From Candidatus Cryptobacteroides sp. (GTDB taxonomy: Bacteria > Bacteroidota > Bacteroidia > Bacteroidales > UBA932): 64,000 bases of DNA. This document shows positions 50,678 to 61,566 of the stretch, in pieces (position 1 is the first letter of the stretch; the number at the start of each line of letters is the position of its first letter). The translations under genes were made by a program, and so were the position numbers. The stretch is from contig JAZLCW010000009.1 of assembly GCA_045614445.1 (NCBI GenBank), positions 5,276 through 69,275 on the forward strand, given 5' to 3'. The notes below the pieces were generated by a model. That model ran no database searches and had not been told where the DNA came from. It worked only from the letters and a program-made list of their open reading frames with translations.

Positions 50678-52708
50678 ATGAAGAATTTAATGATTACACT
50701 CGGAGCAGCTGCGATGGTATTCGCAGGCTGCGCTCAAAACAATAATGAAGGCAAGCCGGCAATAGATCTGGCCAATTTCGACAACACTACAGCCCCTTCA
50801 GAGGACTTCTACCAGTATGCCTGCGGCGGATGGATGGAAGCCAATCCTTTGACTCCGGAATATGCACGTTACGGCATCTTCGACCAGCTGGAAAAGGAAA
50901 ACAACGAGAAGCTTAAGGTGCTGATCGAGGAATTGGGCAGCACTCCTCAGAAGCCGGGAAGCGTCGGAGAGAAGATCCAGATGATGTATGCGATGGGACT
51001 GGACAGCACCAAGCGCAACGCAGACGCAGCTGCACCGGTCATGGAGCAGCTTGCTGCCATCAATGCCGTTTCCGACCACAAGGAGCTCAGTGCAATGGTA
51101 GGAAAGATGCAGGTGGAAAGCTCAAGTCCGTTCTTCAATTTCTATATCGGAGCCGATGAGAAGAACAGTACGATGAATCTCCTTCAGTTCTATCAGGGAG
51201 GTATTTCAATGAGCGACAGAGACTATTATCTGCTTGAGGACGAGAGCACTCTTAAGATCCGCAATGCTTACAGACAGTATATCGACAAGCTCTTCGTTCT
51301 GGCAGGTTACAGCGCAGAAGAGGCTGCTGAAGCAGCTGATGCAGTCCTGGCACTCGAGACTGAGATCGCAAGAATTTCAGTAGACAGAGCTACCCTGAGG
51401 GATGTGCATAAGAATTATAACAAGATGAGTGTCAAGGATTTCACATCGAAGTATGACTTCATCGACTGGAGCGAATTCTTCAAGGAGACAGGCATCAGCA
51501 AGTCAACTGAGCTCAATGCAGGACAGATTCCGTTCTTTGAAGGCCTCACCAAAGTCCTTAAGAATACATCCCTCGAGGATCAGAAGCACTATCTCTCATT
51601 CAAGCTTCTCAATGCAGCTTCAAGCTACCTCAGTGACGATTTCGTAAATGCCAATTTCGACTTCTATGGCAGAGCCCTCCAGGGTAAGGAAGAGCTTCAG
51701 CCACGATGGAAGAGTTCTCTTGCAGTGGTGAACCGATCACTTGCAGAGGCATTCGGACAGATGTATGTGGAGAAATACTTCCCAGCATCTTCAAAGGAGA
51801 AGATGATCGAGATGGTGGCGAATCTCCAGACAGCCCTCGGAGAGAGAATCGAAGCATTGGAATGGATGAGCGACCAGACCAAGAGCAAGGCTCAGGAGAA
51901 GCTCGCAACATTCATCGTGAAGGTAGGATATCCTGACACCTGGAAGGATTACACAGCTCTTGAAATCAAGAACGATTCTTACTGGGCTAACATCTGCCGT
52001 GCGAATGTTTTCGCACACAATGACATGATGCAGGATGAGGGACAGCCTGTTGACAGGACAGAATGGGCAATGAGTCCTCAGACAGTCAATGCATACTACA
52101 ACCCGACCACCAACGAGATCTGCTTCCCTGCAGCCATTCTTCAGCCACCTTTCTTCAATCCTGACGCAGACGACGCTGTGAACTATGGAGGAATCGGAGT
52201 AGTTATCGGACACGAAATGACACATGGCTTCGATGACCAGGGAAGAAATTATGACAAGGACGGAAACCTCAGTTCATGGTGGACAGAGGAAGATGAAGAG
52301 AAGTTCAATGAGCGCGCAAAGGTACTCGTGGAGCAGTACGACAAGATCGTGGTACTGGATTCACTTCACGCAGACGGAAGCTACACCCTCGGCGAGAACA
52401 TCGCTGACCAGGGAGGTCTGCTTGTATCTTACCAGGCTTATATGAACACTTTAAAAGACAAGGGCGTTCCTTCTGATATTGACGGTTTTACATATAGCCA
52501 GAGATTCTACATCGGATATGCAAACCTCTGGGCTCAGAACCTCAGACCTCAGGAAATCATGCGCAGAACCAAGACCGATGTCCACTCGCTCGGAAAGTGG
52601 CGTGTCAATGCAGCGCTGAGAAATATCGAAGACTTCTACACTGCATTCGACATCCAGGAAGGAGACGCGATGTATCTCGCGCCTGAAGAAAGAATCAATA
52701 TCTGGTAA
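50678..52708 (+). CDS. pepO: M13 (neprilysin/PepO) metalloendopeptidase, lipoprotein
   Basis: VFAG-C lipobox, DFYQYACGGW, VNAYY, GHEMTHGFD, GENIAD. Confidence 0.93.
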   Translation: MKNLMITLGAAAMVFAGCAQNNNEGKPAIDLANFDNTTAPSEDFYQYACGGWMEANPLTPEYARYGIFDQLEKENNEKLKVLIEELGSTPQKPGSVGEKIQMMYAMGLDSTKRNADAAAPVMEQLAAINAVSDHKELSAMVGKMQVESSSPFFNFYIGADEKNSTMNLLQFYQGGISMSDRDYYLLEDESTLKIRNAYRQYIDKLFVLAGYSAEEAAEAADAVLALETEIARISVDRATLRDVHKNYNKMSVKDFTSKYDFIDWSEFFKETGISKSTELNAGQIPFFEGLTKVLKNTSLEDQKHYLSFKLLNAASSYLSDDFVNANFDFYGRALQGKEELQPRWKSSLAVVNRSLAEAFGQMYVEKYFPASSKEKMIEMVANLQTALGERIEALEWMSDQTKSKAQEKLATFIVKVGYPDTWKDYTALEIKNDSYWANICRANVFAHNDMMQDEGQPVDRTEWAMSPQTVNAYYNPTTNEICFPAAILQPPFFNPDADDAVNYGGIGVVIGHEMTHGFDDQGRNYDKDGNLSSWWTEEDEEKFNERAKVLVEQYDKIVVLDSLHADGSYTLGENIADQGGLLVSYQAYMNTLKDKGVPSDIDGFTYSQRFYIGYANLWAQNLRPQEIMRRTKTDVHSLGKWRVNAALRNIEDFYTAFDIQEGDAMYLAPEERINIW

Positions 52709-52714
52709 CAATCT

Positions 52715-54910
52715 ATGCCTATCAACCAAACAGCAAACATATCCAATGCCTTGGTAGAGGCATACGGAATAGCATCCGAAAAACGTAACGAATTCATTAC
52801 GCCCGAACATCTGCTTGCCGGATTCCTGAAAGACAGTGACTTTTGGGAAGCTCTCGGCAGATGCGGCCGTGCGGAAGAACTTGAAAAGAATCTCTACGAA
52901 TACATAAACAGCCTGGACAGGATTCCGGATGAAGCTGACTTGTCTATCGAGTTCTCATCACAGCTTCAGGAACTATTCGAGAAGGCGGGAGAAACAGCAG
53001 CATCCGCAATGGCTCAGACCGTCCAGACCCATCATCTGATATTCTCCATATTCCATCTGGAGGAATCCTATGCACGCTTTCACCTGGAATCATGCCTGGA
53101 ATGCAGCATTCCCGACTTCCTGAACTCCCTTCTGGAATTTTCTGAAGCAGAAACGCCGGAAGGAATGCAGTCCTGGAGAAAATATTTCAAGGACCTGGAA
53201 AACATCGGTGAATTTGTGGGCAAGAAAGCGGAGGTCCAGAAGATAGTCCGCACACTCTGCCGTCACAAGAAGGCCAATGTCCTGATCGTCGGAGACAGGG
53301 GCGTCGGCAAGACCGCTCTGGCATGTGAGATCGCCAGACTCCTGCAGGACAGAAGCGCCTGGAAAACCGATATTCCGGAAAAGCTGCACGAGATGAGTCT
53401 GATGGAGCTGGATGTTCCGCTTCTTTTAGGAGGCACACAATACAGAGGTGACCTGGAGATGCGCGTCAAGGAGATAATGGAGCGTGTTTCAGAAGAAGAG
53501 GATCCTATAATATATATCGACGACCTGAGGACATTAGGTGGCAACAGCAGGAACGATGACGGCTCGAAAGACATTCTCAGTCTATTGATTCCATACTTGA
53601 AATCAGGCAATGTAAGATGCATCATATCTGCCACATACGAAGATATAAAGAAGGTAGAGAACATCAATTCAGGAGCACTGTCTGTATTCCAGAGGGTCGA
53701 GCTGAAGGAGCCGGATGCAGAAGAAACATTCGAGATCATAAAGCACAATACCCTCGCTCAGCTGGAGGCCAGTCATAGGACAAGATATCCGGAAGCTGTA
53801 TGTCGTTTCGCGATTGATAAAAGCATCAGATTCATCAGCGACAGATACCTGCCGGAGAAAGCCATTGACCTTCTGGATCAGGCTGGCGCATATTGCGAAA
53901 CCAAGAAACAGAAGAAAGTTTCGGAAACCAGCGTGATGGCTGCACTCAAGGATATCTGCCGCGAAGACATTTCATCCAGCGCTTCCAATGAAAACCTCGC
54001 CGGCCTGGAGGCAGGTCTCAAGACCAGGATTTACGGCCAGGATCAGGCCATTCAGAAACTCACCGAGTGCATCCTCATGTCCAAGGCAGGACTTCTGGAC
54101 AGGGACAAGACTATAGGAAGCTTCCTCTTTGTCGGTCCCACCGGAGTCGGAAAGACAGAGCTCAGCAAGGTTCTGGCCCAGCAGCTCAATGTCCCTTTGC
54201 ACCGTTTCGATATGAGCGAGTATTCTGAAAAGCATTCGGTGGCCAAGCTCATAGGCTCCCCTGCCGGATATGTCGGATACGATGACGGTGGCATATTGAC
54301 CGACACCATCAGAAAGAACCCATATTGCGTGCTTCTGTTGGACGAAATCGAGAAGGCTCACGAAGACATTTACAATCTGCTGCTGCAGGTTATGGACTAC
54401 GCTGTCATCTCGGACAACAAAGGCCGTAAGGTCGATTTCCGCAATGTCGTGCTGATAATGACATCCAATGCAGGCGCACGCTATGCACACAAGGCCTCTG
54501 TCGGATTCGAGCGCAAGGTCAATGCAGGCGAAGCAATGGCAAAGGAGGTCAAGAATGTATTCGCACCGGAATTCATAAACAGGCTCAGTTCTGTGGTCGT
54601 GTTCAATGATATGGACGAGAAGATGGCCGGACTGATTCTGGACGACAAGATCCGCAAGCTCCAGGAAAGGCTCGATTCAAAGAAAGTCAAGCTGGAAATC
54701 CAGCCTGAAGCATATGCACAGCTTCTCAAGGAGGGATTCTCGCCAGAATACGGAGCACGTGAGATCGAACGAGTCCTGAATGCCAGACTCACCCCTCTCC
54801 TGATGAAGGAAATCCTCTTCGGAGGACACAAGGATGGCTTCACAGCCATCGTCACCCTCACACAGGAGGGTCTTGCCATTGATTGTCATCAGACCAGACT
54901 GTCATCCTGA
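52715..54910 (+). CDS. clpA: ClpA-type AAA+ unfoldase with degenerate first ATPase domain
   Basis: Clp N-domain EHLL; D1 GVGKT; D2 GPTGVGKT, LLLDEIEK, GAR; VGF ClpP-docking loop; same operon as clpS and aat. Confidence 0.88.
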   Translation: MPINQTANISNALVEAYGIASEKRNEFITPEHLLAGFLKDSDFWEALGRCGRAEELEKNLYEYINSLDRIPDEADLSIEFSSQLQELFEKAGETAASAMAQTVQTHHLIFSIFHLEESYARFHLESCLECSIPDFLNSLLEFSEAETPEGMQSWRKYFKDLENIGEFVGKKAEVQKIVRTLCRHKKANVLIVGDRGVGKTALACEIARLLQDRSAWKTDIPEKLHEMSLMELDVPLLLGGTQYRGDLEMRVKEIMERVSEEEDPIIYIDDLRTLGGNSRNDDGSKDILSLLIPYLKSGNVRCIISATYEDIKKVENINSGALSVFQRVELKEPDAEETFEIIKHNTLAQLEASHRTRYPEAVCRFAIDKSIRFISDRYLPEKAIDLLDQAGAYCETKKQKKVSETSVMAALKDICREDISSSASNENLAGLEAGLKTRIYGQDQAIQKLTECILMSKAGLLDRDKTIGSFLFVGPTGVGKTELSKVLAQQLNVPLHRFDMSEYSEKHSVAKLIGSPAGYVGYDDGGILTDTIRKNPYCVLLLDEIEKAHEDIYNLLLQVMDYAVISDNKGRKVDFRNVVLIMTSNAGARYAHKASVGFERKVNAGEAMAKEVKNVFAPEFINRLSSVVVFNDMDEKMAGLILDDKIRKLQERLDSKKVKLEIQPEAYAQLLKEGFSPEYGAREIERVLNARLTPLLMKEILFGGHKDGFTAIVTLTQEGLAIDCHQTRLSS

Positions 54911-54926
54911 AGAAATTGTAGGAACT

Positions 54927-55604
54927 ATGATATTCCAGTTAGACCATACTGACTCATTCCCCGATCCGCGTTACGGCAACGCGGACGGGTTCTATGCGGT
55001 CGGAGGTGAAATCACCCCTGAAAGGCTCGCCAAGGCCTATCCGATGGGCATATTCCCCTACTTCTCATTCCGCGAGGAACCGATAATATGGTGGGCTCCC
55101 CAGGAAAGATTCGTGATCAGTTCAGATAAGATACATGTTTCTCATTCAATGAGGAATATGATGAACAAACGCCGTTACCGCTGCACCATCAATAAAGCTT
55201 TCGCTGATGTATTGGCCGGATGTGCCTGCACCGACAACAGGATCGAAGAAGCCAATGCCTGGCTTGGTCCGGACCTTCTGGACACCTGGATGATATTGAA
55301 TGAAGAAGGATACGCGAAAAGCGTCGAAGTGTGGGATGGCGACGAACTGGTCGGAGGACTTTACGGCTTTGTGTGCGGAAGAGCCTTCATCGGCGACAGC
55401 ATGTTCTCGCTTATCCCGAGCGCATCGAAACTTGCCCTCATCCACCTTGCCCGCTATATCCAGGCACAGGGAGGCGGCATAATCGACTGCCAGCTGGAGA
55501 CTCCGCATCTGAAATCAATGGGAGCCTCGTACATAAGCTACGAGGAATACCTCGCCAGCACCCGCTCGGCCGATCCTCTAACCTGGCCAGCATACAAGAT
55601 ATAG
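54927..55604 (+). CDS. aat: Leucyl/phenylalanyl-tRNA--protein transferase
   Basis: GG..TPERL..AY..GIFP, WWAP, SVEVW..ELVGGLYG, SMFS, ASK, DCQ..HLKSMGA. Confidence 0.93.
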   Translation: MIFQLDHTDSFPDPRYGNADGFYAVGGEITPERLAKAYPMGIFPYFSFREEPIIWWAPQERFVISSDKIHVSHSMRNMMNKRRYRCTINKAFADVLAGCACTDNRIEEANAWLGPDLLDTWMILNEEGYAKSVEVWDGDELVGGLYGFVCGRAFIGDSMFSLIPSASKLALIHLARYIQAQGGGIIDCQLETPHLKSMGASYISYEEYLASTRSADPLTWPAYKI

Positions 55605-55627
55605 CTAACACTCGTTCACTCAGCCAC

Positions 55628-55673
55628 TTACAAATTATGCCTGCTGTATTTTGACAGCAGGCATAATTTGTAA
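55628..55673. terminator. Long bidirectional terminator hairpin
   Basis: 20-bp perfect stem TTACAAATTATGCCTGCTGT-attttg-ACAGCAGGCATAATTTGTAA between convergent genes. Confidence 0.75.
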
Positions 55674-55708
55674 AATGCAGTATATCAGCATTTTACCCGA
55701 CCGCTATA

Positions 55709-56734
55709 TTACAGAGAGGCGATCAGAGCATCTACAGCTTCCTCTCTGGTAGCCCAGCTGGTACAGAAACGCACCGCTGTATGTCCGGCATCCACCTTCT
55801 GCCATACAGAAAAACGGAAGTCCTTGGAAAGACGCTCCATTGTCTCATTGTCCAATATAGGGAACTGCTGGTTCGTAGGGCTGTCCACAAGAAATGAGAA
55901 ACCCTTCGAGCGGAAAGCATCCCTGATCTTCATTGCCTGTGATACAGCGTGGTGCGAAAGCTCAAGATACAGTCCGTCCTCGAACAATGTCAGGAACTGA
56001 ATGCCCAGAAGCCTTCCCTTTGCGAGCATTCCCCCATTCTGCTTGATATTGTATCTGAAATCCTTCTTCAATGAATCATTGACGATAACCACAGCCTCGC
56101 CGAAGAGCACACCCTGCTTGGTTCCTCCGAGATAGAACACATCTGCAAGTGAGGCAATATCAGCCAGTGTCACATCACCTCCTTCAGCAGCAAGTCCATA
56201 TCCCATCCTGGCACCGTCGATAAAAAGAGGAAGGCCATATTCACGGCACACAGCACTGATATCCTTCAATTGCCGCAACGAATAAACCGTACCGACTTCA
56301 GATGAGAAGGATATATATACCATTCCAGGCTGCACAGTATGCTCCGGACCATCTTCAGCGAGATGCTCCTCCATCGCTTCACGGATCTGTGAAGCCTTGA
56401 GCAATCCGTTTTCTGCCGGAATAGCCAGCACCTTATGACCGCTATGCTCGATCGCACCGGTCTCATGTACATTGATATGTCCTGTGGTAGCACAGATCAC
56501 ACCCTGGTAGGGTCTGAGAACAGAAGAAATCACAGTAGCGTTGGCCTGTGTACCGCCGACCAGAAAATGCACATCAGCACACTCGCATCCGACCGCTTTC
56601 TTCACAGCATCTCGTGCCTGGGCACAATATTCATCCATTCCATATCCGACTGTCTGCTCCAGATTGGTTTCCATCAGACGCTCCATAATCCTCGGATGTG
56701 CACCCTCGCTGTAATCACATTGAAACTGATACAT
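55709..56734 (-). CDS. ltaE: Low-specificity L-threonine aldolase
   Basis: DYSEGAHP, GGTQAN, HETGA, DGAR, GGTK (PLP lysine), RFCTSWAT; start at MYQF. Confidence 0.9.
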   Translation of the reverse strand: MYQFQCDYSEGAHPRIMERLMETNLEQTVGYGMDEYCAQARDAVKKAVGCECADVHFLVGGTQANATVISSVLRPYQGVICATTGHINVHETGAIEHSGHKVLAIPAENGLLKASQIREAMEEHLAEDGPEHTVQPGMVYISFSSEVGTVYSLRQLKDISAVCREYGLPLFIDGARMGYGLAAEGGDVTLADIASLADVFYLGGTKQGVLFGEAVVIVNDSLKKDFRYNIKQNGGMLAKGRLLGIQFLTLFEDGLYLELSHHAVSQAMKIRDAFRSKGFSFLVDSPTNQQFPILDNETMERLSKDFRFSVWQKVDAGHTAVRFCTSWATREEAVDALIASL

Positions 56735-56813
56735 TGTCTTAAATTTTATCCGGGACAAATATATCAAACTCTTTGCTATTTTAATTATATTTGTAGGATA
56801 AACTTTATACGAT

Positions 56814-56993
56814 ATGAACTATTTTCCAAAAGATCCGGCAATGCTGATGAGCTGGATAAACCTGAAGCTCCGAGACTTCTACGGAGGCCTTGACGAGCTC
56901 TGTGACGACCTCGAAATCGACCGTGACGAGGTCGAAAACATCCTGAAACAGGGTGGATACGAATATAACGACCAGCTCCACAAGGTCTGGTAG
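56814..56993 (+). CDS. DUF4250-family small protein (59 aa)
   Basis: MNYFPKDPAMLMSWINLKLRDFYGGLDELCDDL..GYEY; -7 box at 56786-56793; missed by the ORF track. Confidence 0.85.
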   Translation: MNYFPKDPAMLMSWINLKLRDFYGGLDELCDDLEIDRDEVENILKQGGYEYNDQLHKVW

Positions 56994-57109
56994 ACCATGT
57001 AAGTATAAATCACTGATTACCAACAATTAAAACAAAATAATTACCACTATTAACATTTTTGTTAACTACGCGAAAAGGCTAAAGACAAGGCTTGACGGCA
57101 AGTTTTTGA

Positions 57110-58324
<1,215 letters not shown>

Positions 58325-58326
58325 GA

Positions 58327-59520
58327 TTACAGAACAGGAATTACATATACCATTCCCAATGAAATGCGCTGAGTGTGAGGCATTGATGCCATCATCACCT
58401 CAGCGTTTTTTGTCAGGTTATATCCCTTGTAGAGATAATGTGCGAATACCTTCAGGCCATTCGCCTCAGTGAAAGGATACCACTCCAGACAAACCTGAGC
58501 CTGCCATCCGGTCATAAAACGACCCTTCTGGAAAATACCGTTGGCCTCATATACACCGGCAGTTTCATATGCTCCCTTGATGAAAGCATTCCACTTCGGA
58601 CTGAACTGGTAGTCGAAATTGGCGATGAAGGAGAGGTACTGGGTGTTCTGAGCTGTTACCGGAGTTCCCTGCCCCTGCAGAGCTGTGATACGCTGCTGGC
58701 TGTCAATACCTTCACGTGAATACATCACATCGAAATATGCGATATAAGGATCTTTTTCGTAAATGTTTCCGCAAGTCAGATAATAGATGTTCTTGCCCTT
58801 TGCAAGCTGTCCTGCAGAAGCAGAATAACGGAAATGAAGGGCATCATCAAGGAAAAGACCGTTCCAGTTCAAAGTAGCCAGCAATGGCAGTTTGGCAGCC
58901 TCTATGCCTTCCGGACGGCCATAGAGATAAAGATCGCTGTCACTGCCGCTGCGGTTGTTCACCACCTGAAGGATCAATTGCTGGGAAGGATTGAACTGCA
59001 CCACTCCCATGAGTCCGGTCTGATAGACTGCCACATTATTGTTGAAGTCACAGAACTCCATCAGTCTCATTGCATTGACATATGCTTCATATCCTCCTAA
59101 AGCGACGAACTGCTTACCTGCCACAAGGCTGAACTTCTCTGAAGTCTGCCATGTTATGTTGGCATACTCGATGGACGAAGAAAGATTGTCCATCGAATAC
59201 GGATTAGTATATTTGTTGAACGACTGACGGAAATGATAAGACAGATTATCATTCAACTTTCCTACAAATTCCAGTCGTACACGATTCATCTTGAATGACA
59301 TCTCATCGAATTTGCCATCAGTGAAATACGCATTGGATGTAGTATAGAATTCGAGATTGATATTGGACTTTATCTTTCTGATCTTATATCCACCTTCGCG
59401 CTGCTCGATAATACGCTCTACAATGGACGGTATGGAGTCATTCTGGGATATAAGTGTCTGATTCTGGGCAGCCGCAAACATGGGCAGCATAAACAATATG
59501 GCAATAAACAGTCTTTTCAT
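58327..59520 (-). CDS. Outer-membrane porin (OprO/P-like Bacteroidales family)
   Basis: Signal peptide, YHFRQSFNK, GKQFVALGGYE; -7 box at 59540-59547. Confidence 0.75.
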   Translation of the reverse strand: MKRLFIAILFMLPMFAAAQNQTLISQNDSIPSIVERIIEQREGGYKIRKIKSNINLEFYTTSNAYFTDGKFDEMSFKMNRVRLEFVGKLNDNLSYHFRQSFNKYTNPYSMDNLSSSIEYANITWQTSEKFSLVAGKQFVALGGYEAYVNAMRLMEFCDFNNNVAVYQTGLMGVVQFNPSQQLILQVVNNRSGSDSDLYLYGRPEGIEAAKLPLLATLNWNGLFLDDALHFRYSASAGQLAKGKNIYYLTCGNIYEKDPYIAYFDVMYSREGIDSQQRITALQGQGTPVTAQNTQYLSFIANFDYQFSPKWNAFIKGAYETAGVYEANGIFQKGRFMTGWQAQVCLEWYPFTEANGLKVFAHYLYKGYNLTKNAEVMMASMPHTQRISLGMVYVIPVL

Positions 59521-59558
59521 ATCTTTAGTTATAAGGCTGCAAATATAACCAAAATAAC

Positions 59559-60410
59559 TTAAACCATATCATATACGCTTGCCCTAAGGAAATTTCGCAA
59601 GGCCTTCAGATCCCTGCCATATTCCTGGATTTCCCCGGCACTTATCAATCTGCCGATCCCGATCCGGAAATTACGGCCCCGTTTGTTGAACACCTCTGCC
59701 GGCAATCTCAGCAATCGCACTCTCCAGTCAATCAGCCCCAGAGAGTAGTAGAATACCGAATTTCCGTCAAAGAACCTGACGGGCAGCACAGGCACTCCGG
59801 CTCTTTCAATCAGTTTTATCACAGATTCCTGCCATTCCCTATCCCTGACACAACGGTCTTTCAGGCTAAGGTCTGACACTGCTCCGGACGGAAAAAGTCC
59901 GAGAGCACCCCCATTGTGAAGATGATTCAATGCAGCCTTCACTCCGGAAAGACTGGCCTGACTCGGAGCTGTCCTGTGGCTTCCTGCCGGGGTAACCGTT
60001 ATGAAACAGGATTCAAGAGGTCTGATCATGGAAAGCATCTGATTGGCCATTACCTTGTAGTCCGGCCTTATATGTCCGAAAACATCCACTAAGGCGATAC
60101 CGTCAAGGTGACCGCAAGGATGGTTGCTGATAGTGATGAACGGGCCTTGAGGTATGAGATCGGTAATATCATCGAAGGGATCATTTCCGATACCTGTGGA
60201 CTCAGCGAATCCTATGCTGTATTCAAGTCCTACATCCTTCAATATCGCCTCGGCAAAATCAGGTCCTTCCAGATGAGAATTGCGGTCGTAAAGTTCATTG
60301 ACACGGTCGATCGACAGGAGCATCATCAATCCCTCGGCAAAGGCTTTCCCCGCCTTTCCCCGAAACATTCCGGACATCTGTTCCAAGTCCTCCGATTGCA
60401 ATAGCGGCAT
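59559..60410 (-). CDS. PlsC-like lysolipid acyltransferase
   Basis: SNHPCGHLDG (HX4D), FPSGAVS, DREW, LRLPAE. Confidence 0.85.
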   Translation of the reverse strand: MPLLQSEDLEQMSGMFRGKAGKAFAEGLMMLLSIDRVNELYDRNSHLEGPDFAEAILKDVGLEYSIGFAESTGIGNDPFDDITDLIPQGPFITISNHPCGHLDGIALVDVFGHIRPDYKVMANQMLSMIRPLESCFITVTPAGSHRTAPSQASLSGVKAALNHLHNGGALGLFPSGAVSDLSLKDRCVRDREWQESVIKLIERAGVPVLPVRFFDGNSVFYYSLGLIDWRVRLLRLPAEVFNKRGRNFRIGIGRLISAGEIQEYGRDLKALRNFLRASVYDMV

Positions 60411-60411
60411 A

Positions 60412-60837
60412 TTATCTCTTCCTTCTGAAAATTACCCATTCACCCATACTGAAATTGATCAACCCCGAAATGCAAAGTGCTGCAAGATTGCATATTACCA
60501 CATTCCATCCAAACAAACGCTCGAACAGAAGCAGGAAGCACATCTTGATCAGAAATACGCCACTCGCAGAGAGATTGTAGAATACATATTTACCGAGAAA
60601 CCGCTTGAGAGTCCTCGGTTTCATCCTGTCTCCCCAGACAAAGAAGAATGCAGTGCAATAATTCGTGAATACCGCACACTCGAATGAAATGACAGGAGCT
60701 ATAAGATAATCACCTGCATACTTCTGAAAGACAAAATGAGAAAGCAGCCAGAGCACGGCCGTATCCACGACCGTGCCCAATCCTTCCGCAAGAACAAACT
60801 TGGGAAACTTCCTTATCACTTCAATTGCCCGTCCCAT
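60412..60837 (-). CDS. GtrA-family membrane protein
   Basis: KFVL..GTVVD, NF..WVIF; four TM segments. Confidence 0.85.
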   Translation of the reverse strand: MGRAIEVIRKFPKFVLAEGLGTVVDTAVLWLLSHFVFQKYAGDYLIAPVISFECAVFTNYCTAFFFVWGDRMKPRTLKRFLGKYVFYNLSASGVFLIKMCFLLLFERLFGWNVVICNLAALCISGLINFSMGEWVIFRRKR

Positions 60838-61535
60838 TCTCTAAGCGGATCAAGCTTTGCATATCCCCTGGCATCGCACACGAAGTTTCTGGTATATATT
60901 ACTATGAGTACCAAAAGAATAGCTATTCCCACGTAATCAAATGCTCCAAGTGAAACTTCTTTACCGAAAACTTCAAATTCAGTAGTGAACCTCCTTAATG
61001 GAGCGACATAGATGAAGAGAGTATTGACTATGATCATTATCACTCTGAATTCCGTAGGGCCCATTCCTGCAAATGTCAGTTTGAACTCACCTTTGAGATG
61101 AGCATTGATATAGACACAGATGGAAAGCAGGAGATAGGCTGTTAGCACAGCCATCGCGATGGAAAGATTCAGCATCTGGGAAAAGCCTGCGCCGATGCAC
61201 ATCACAGCCATGGTCACGCCATCCACACAGTGATCCAGATAGAATCCGTAGATCGGTCTTTGAAGGTTCCTTACGCGAGCCAGAGTACCATCCAGAGAAT
61301 CACCATACCAATTCACGAAAAAGCCGAAGGAGGCCAGCCAGAGCCATTGAATGGAATAATTGGAGAGAGCATATCCAAGAGCTGTGATGACCGCTCCTGC
61401 GACACCGATGAGGGTAAGAATATCAGATGTCATCCATCTCGGCTGCCTTGCGGCGAGCCACACAAGGACCTTCTTTTCTGCTGCATTGAGAACCGAGGTC
61501 TGAATCCGTTTCGATTGTTCCTTTAACATAAGCAT
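60816..61535 (-). CDS. CDP-alcohol phosphatidyltransferase family protein
   Basis: DSLDGTLARVR..YGFYLDHCVD signature, GPTEFR. Confidence 0.9.
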   Translation of the reverse strand: MLMLKEQSKRIQTSVLNAAEKKVLVWLAARQPRWMTSDILTLIGVAGAVITALGYALSNYSIQWLWLASFGFFVNWYGDSLDGTLARVRNLQRPIYGFYLDHCVDGVTMAVMCIGAGFSQMLNLSIAMAVLTAYLLLSICVYINAHLKGEFKLTFAGMGPTEFRVIMIIVNTLFIYVAPLRRFTTEFEVFGKEVSLGAFDYVGIAILLVLIVIYTRNFVCDARGYAKLDPLREWDGQLK

Positions 61536-61566
61536 CAGATATTGATGCCGTCGGAAAAATCAAAAC

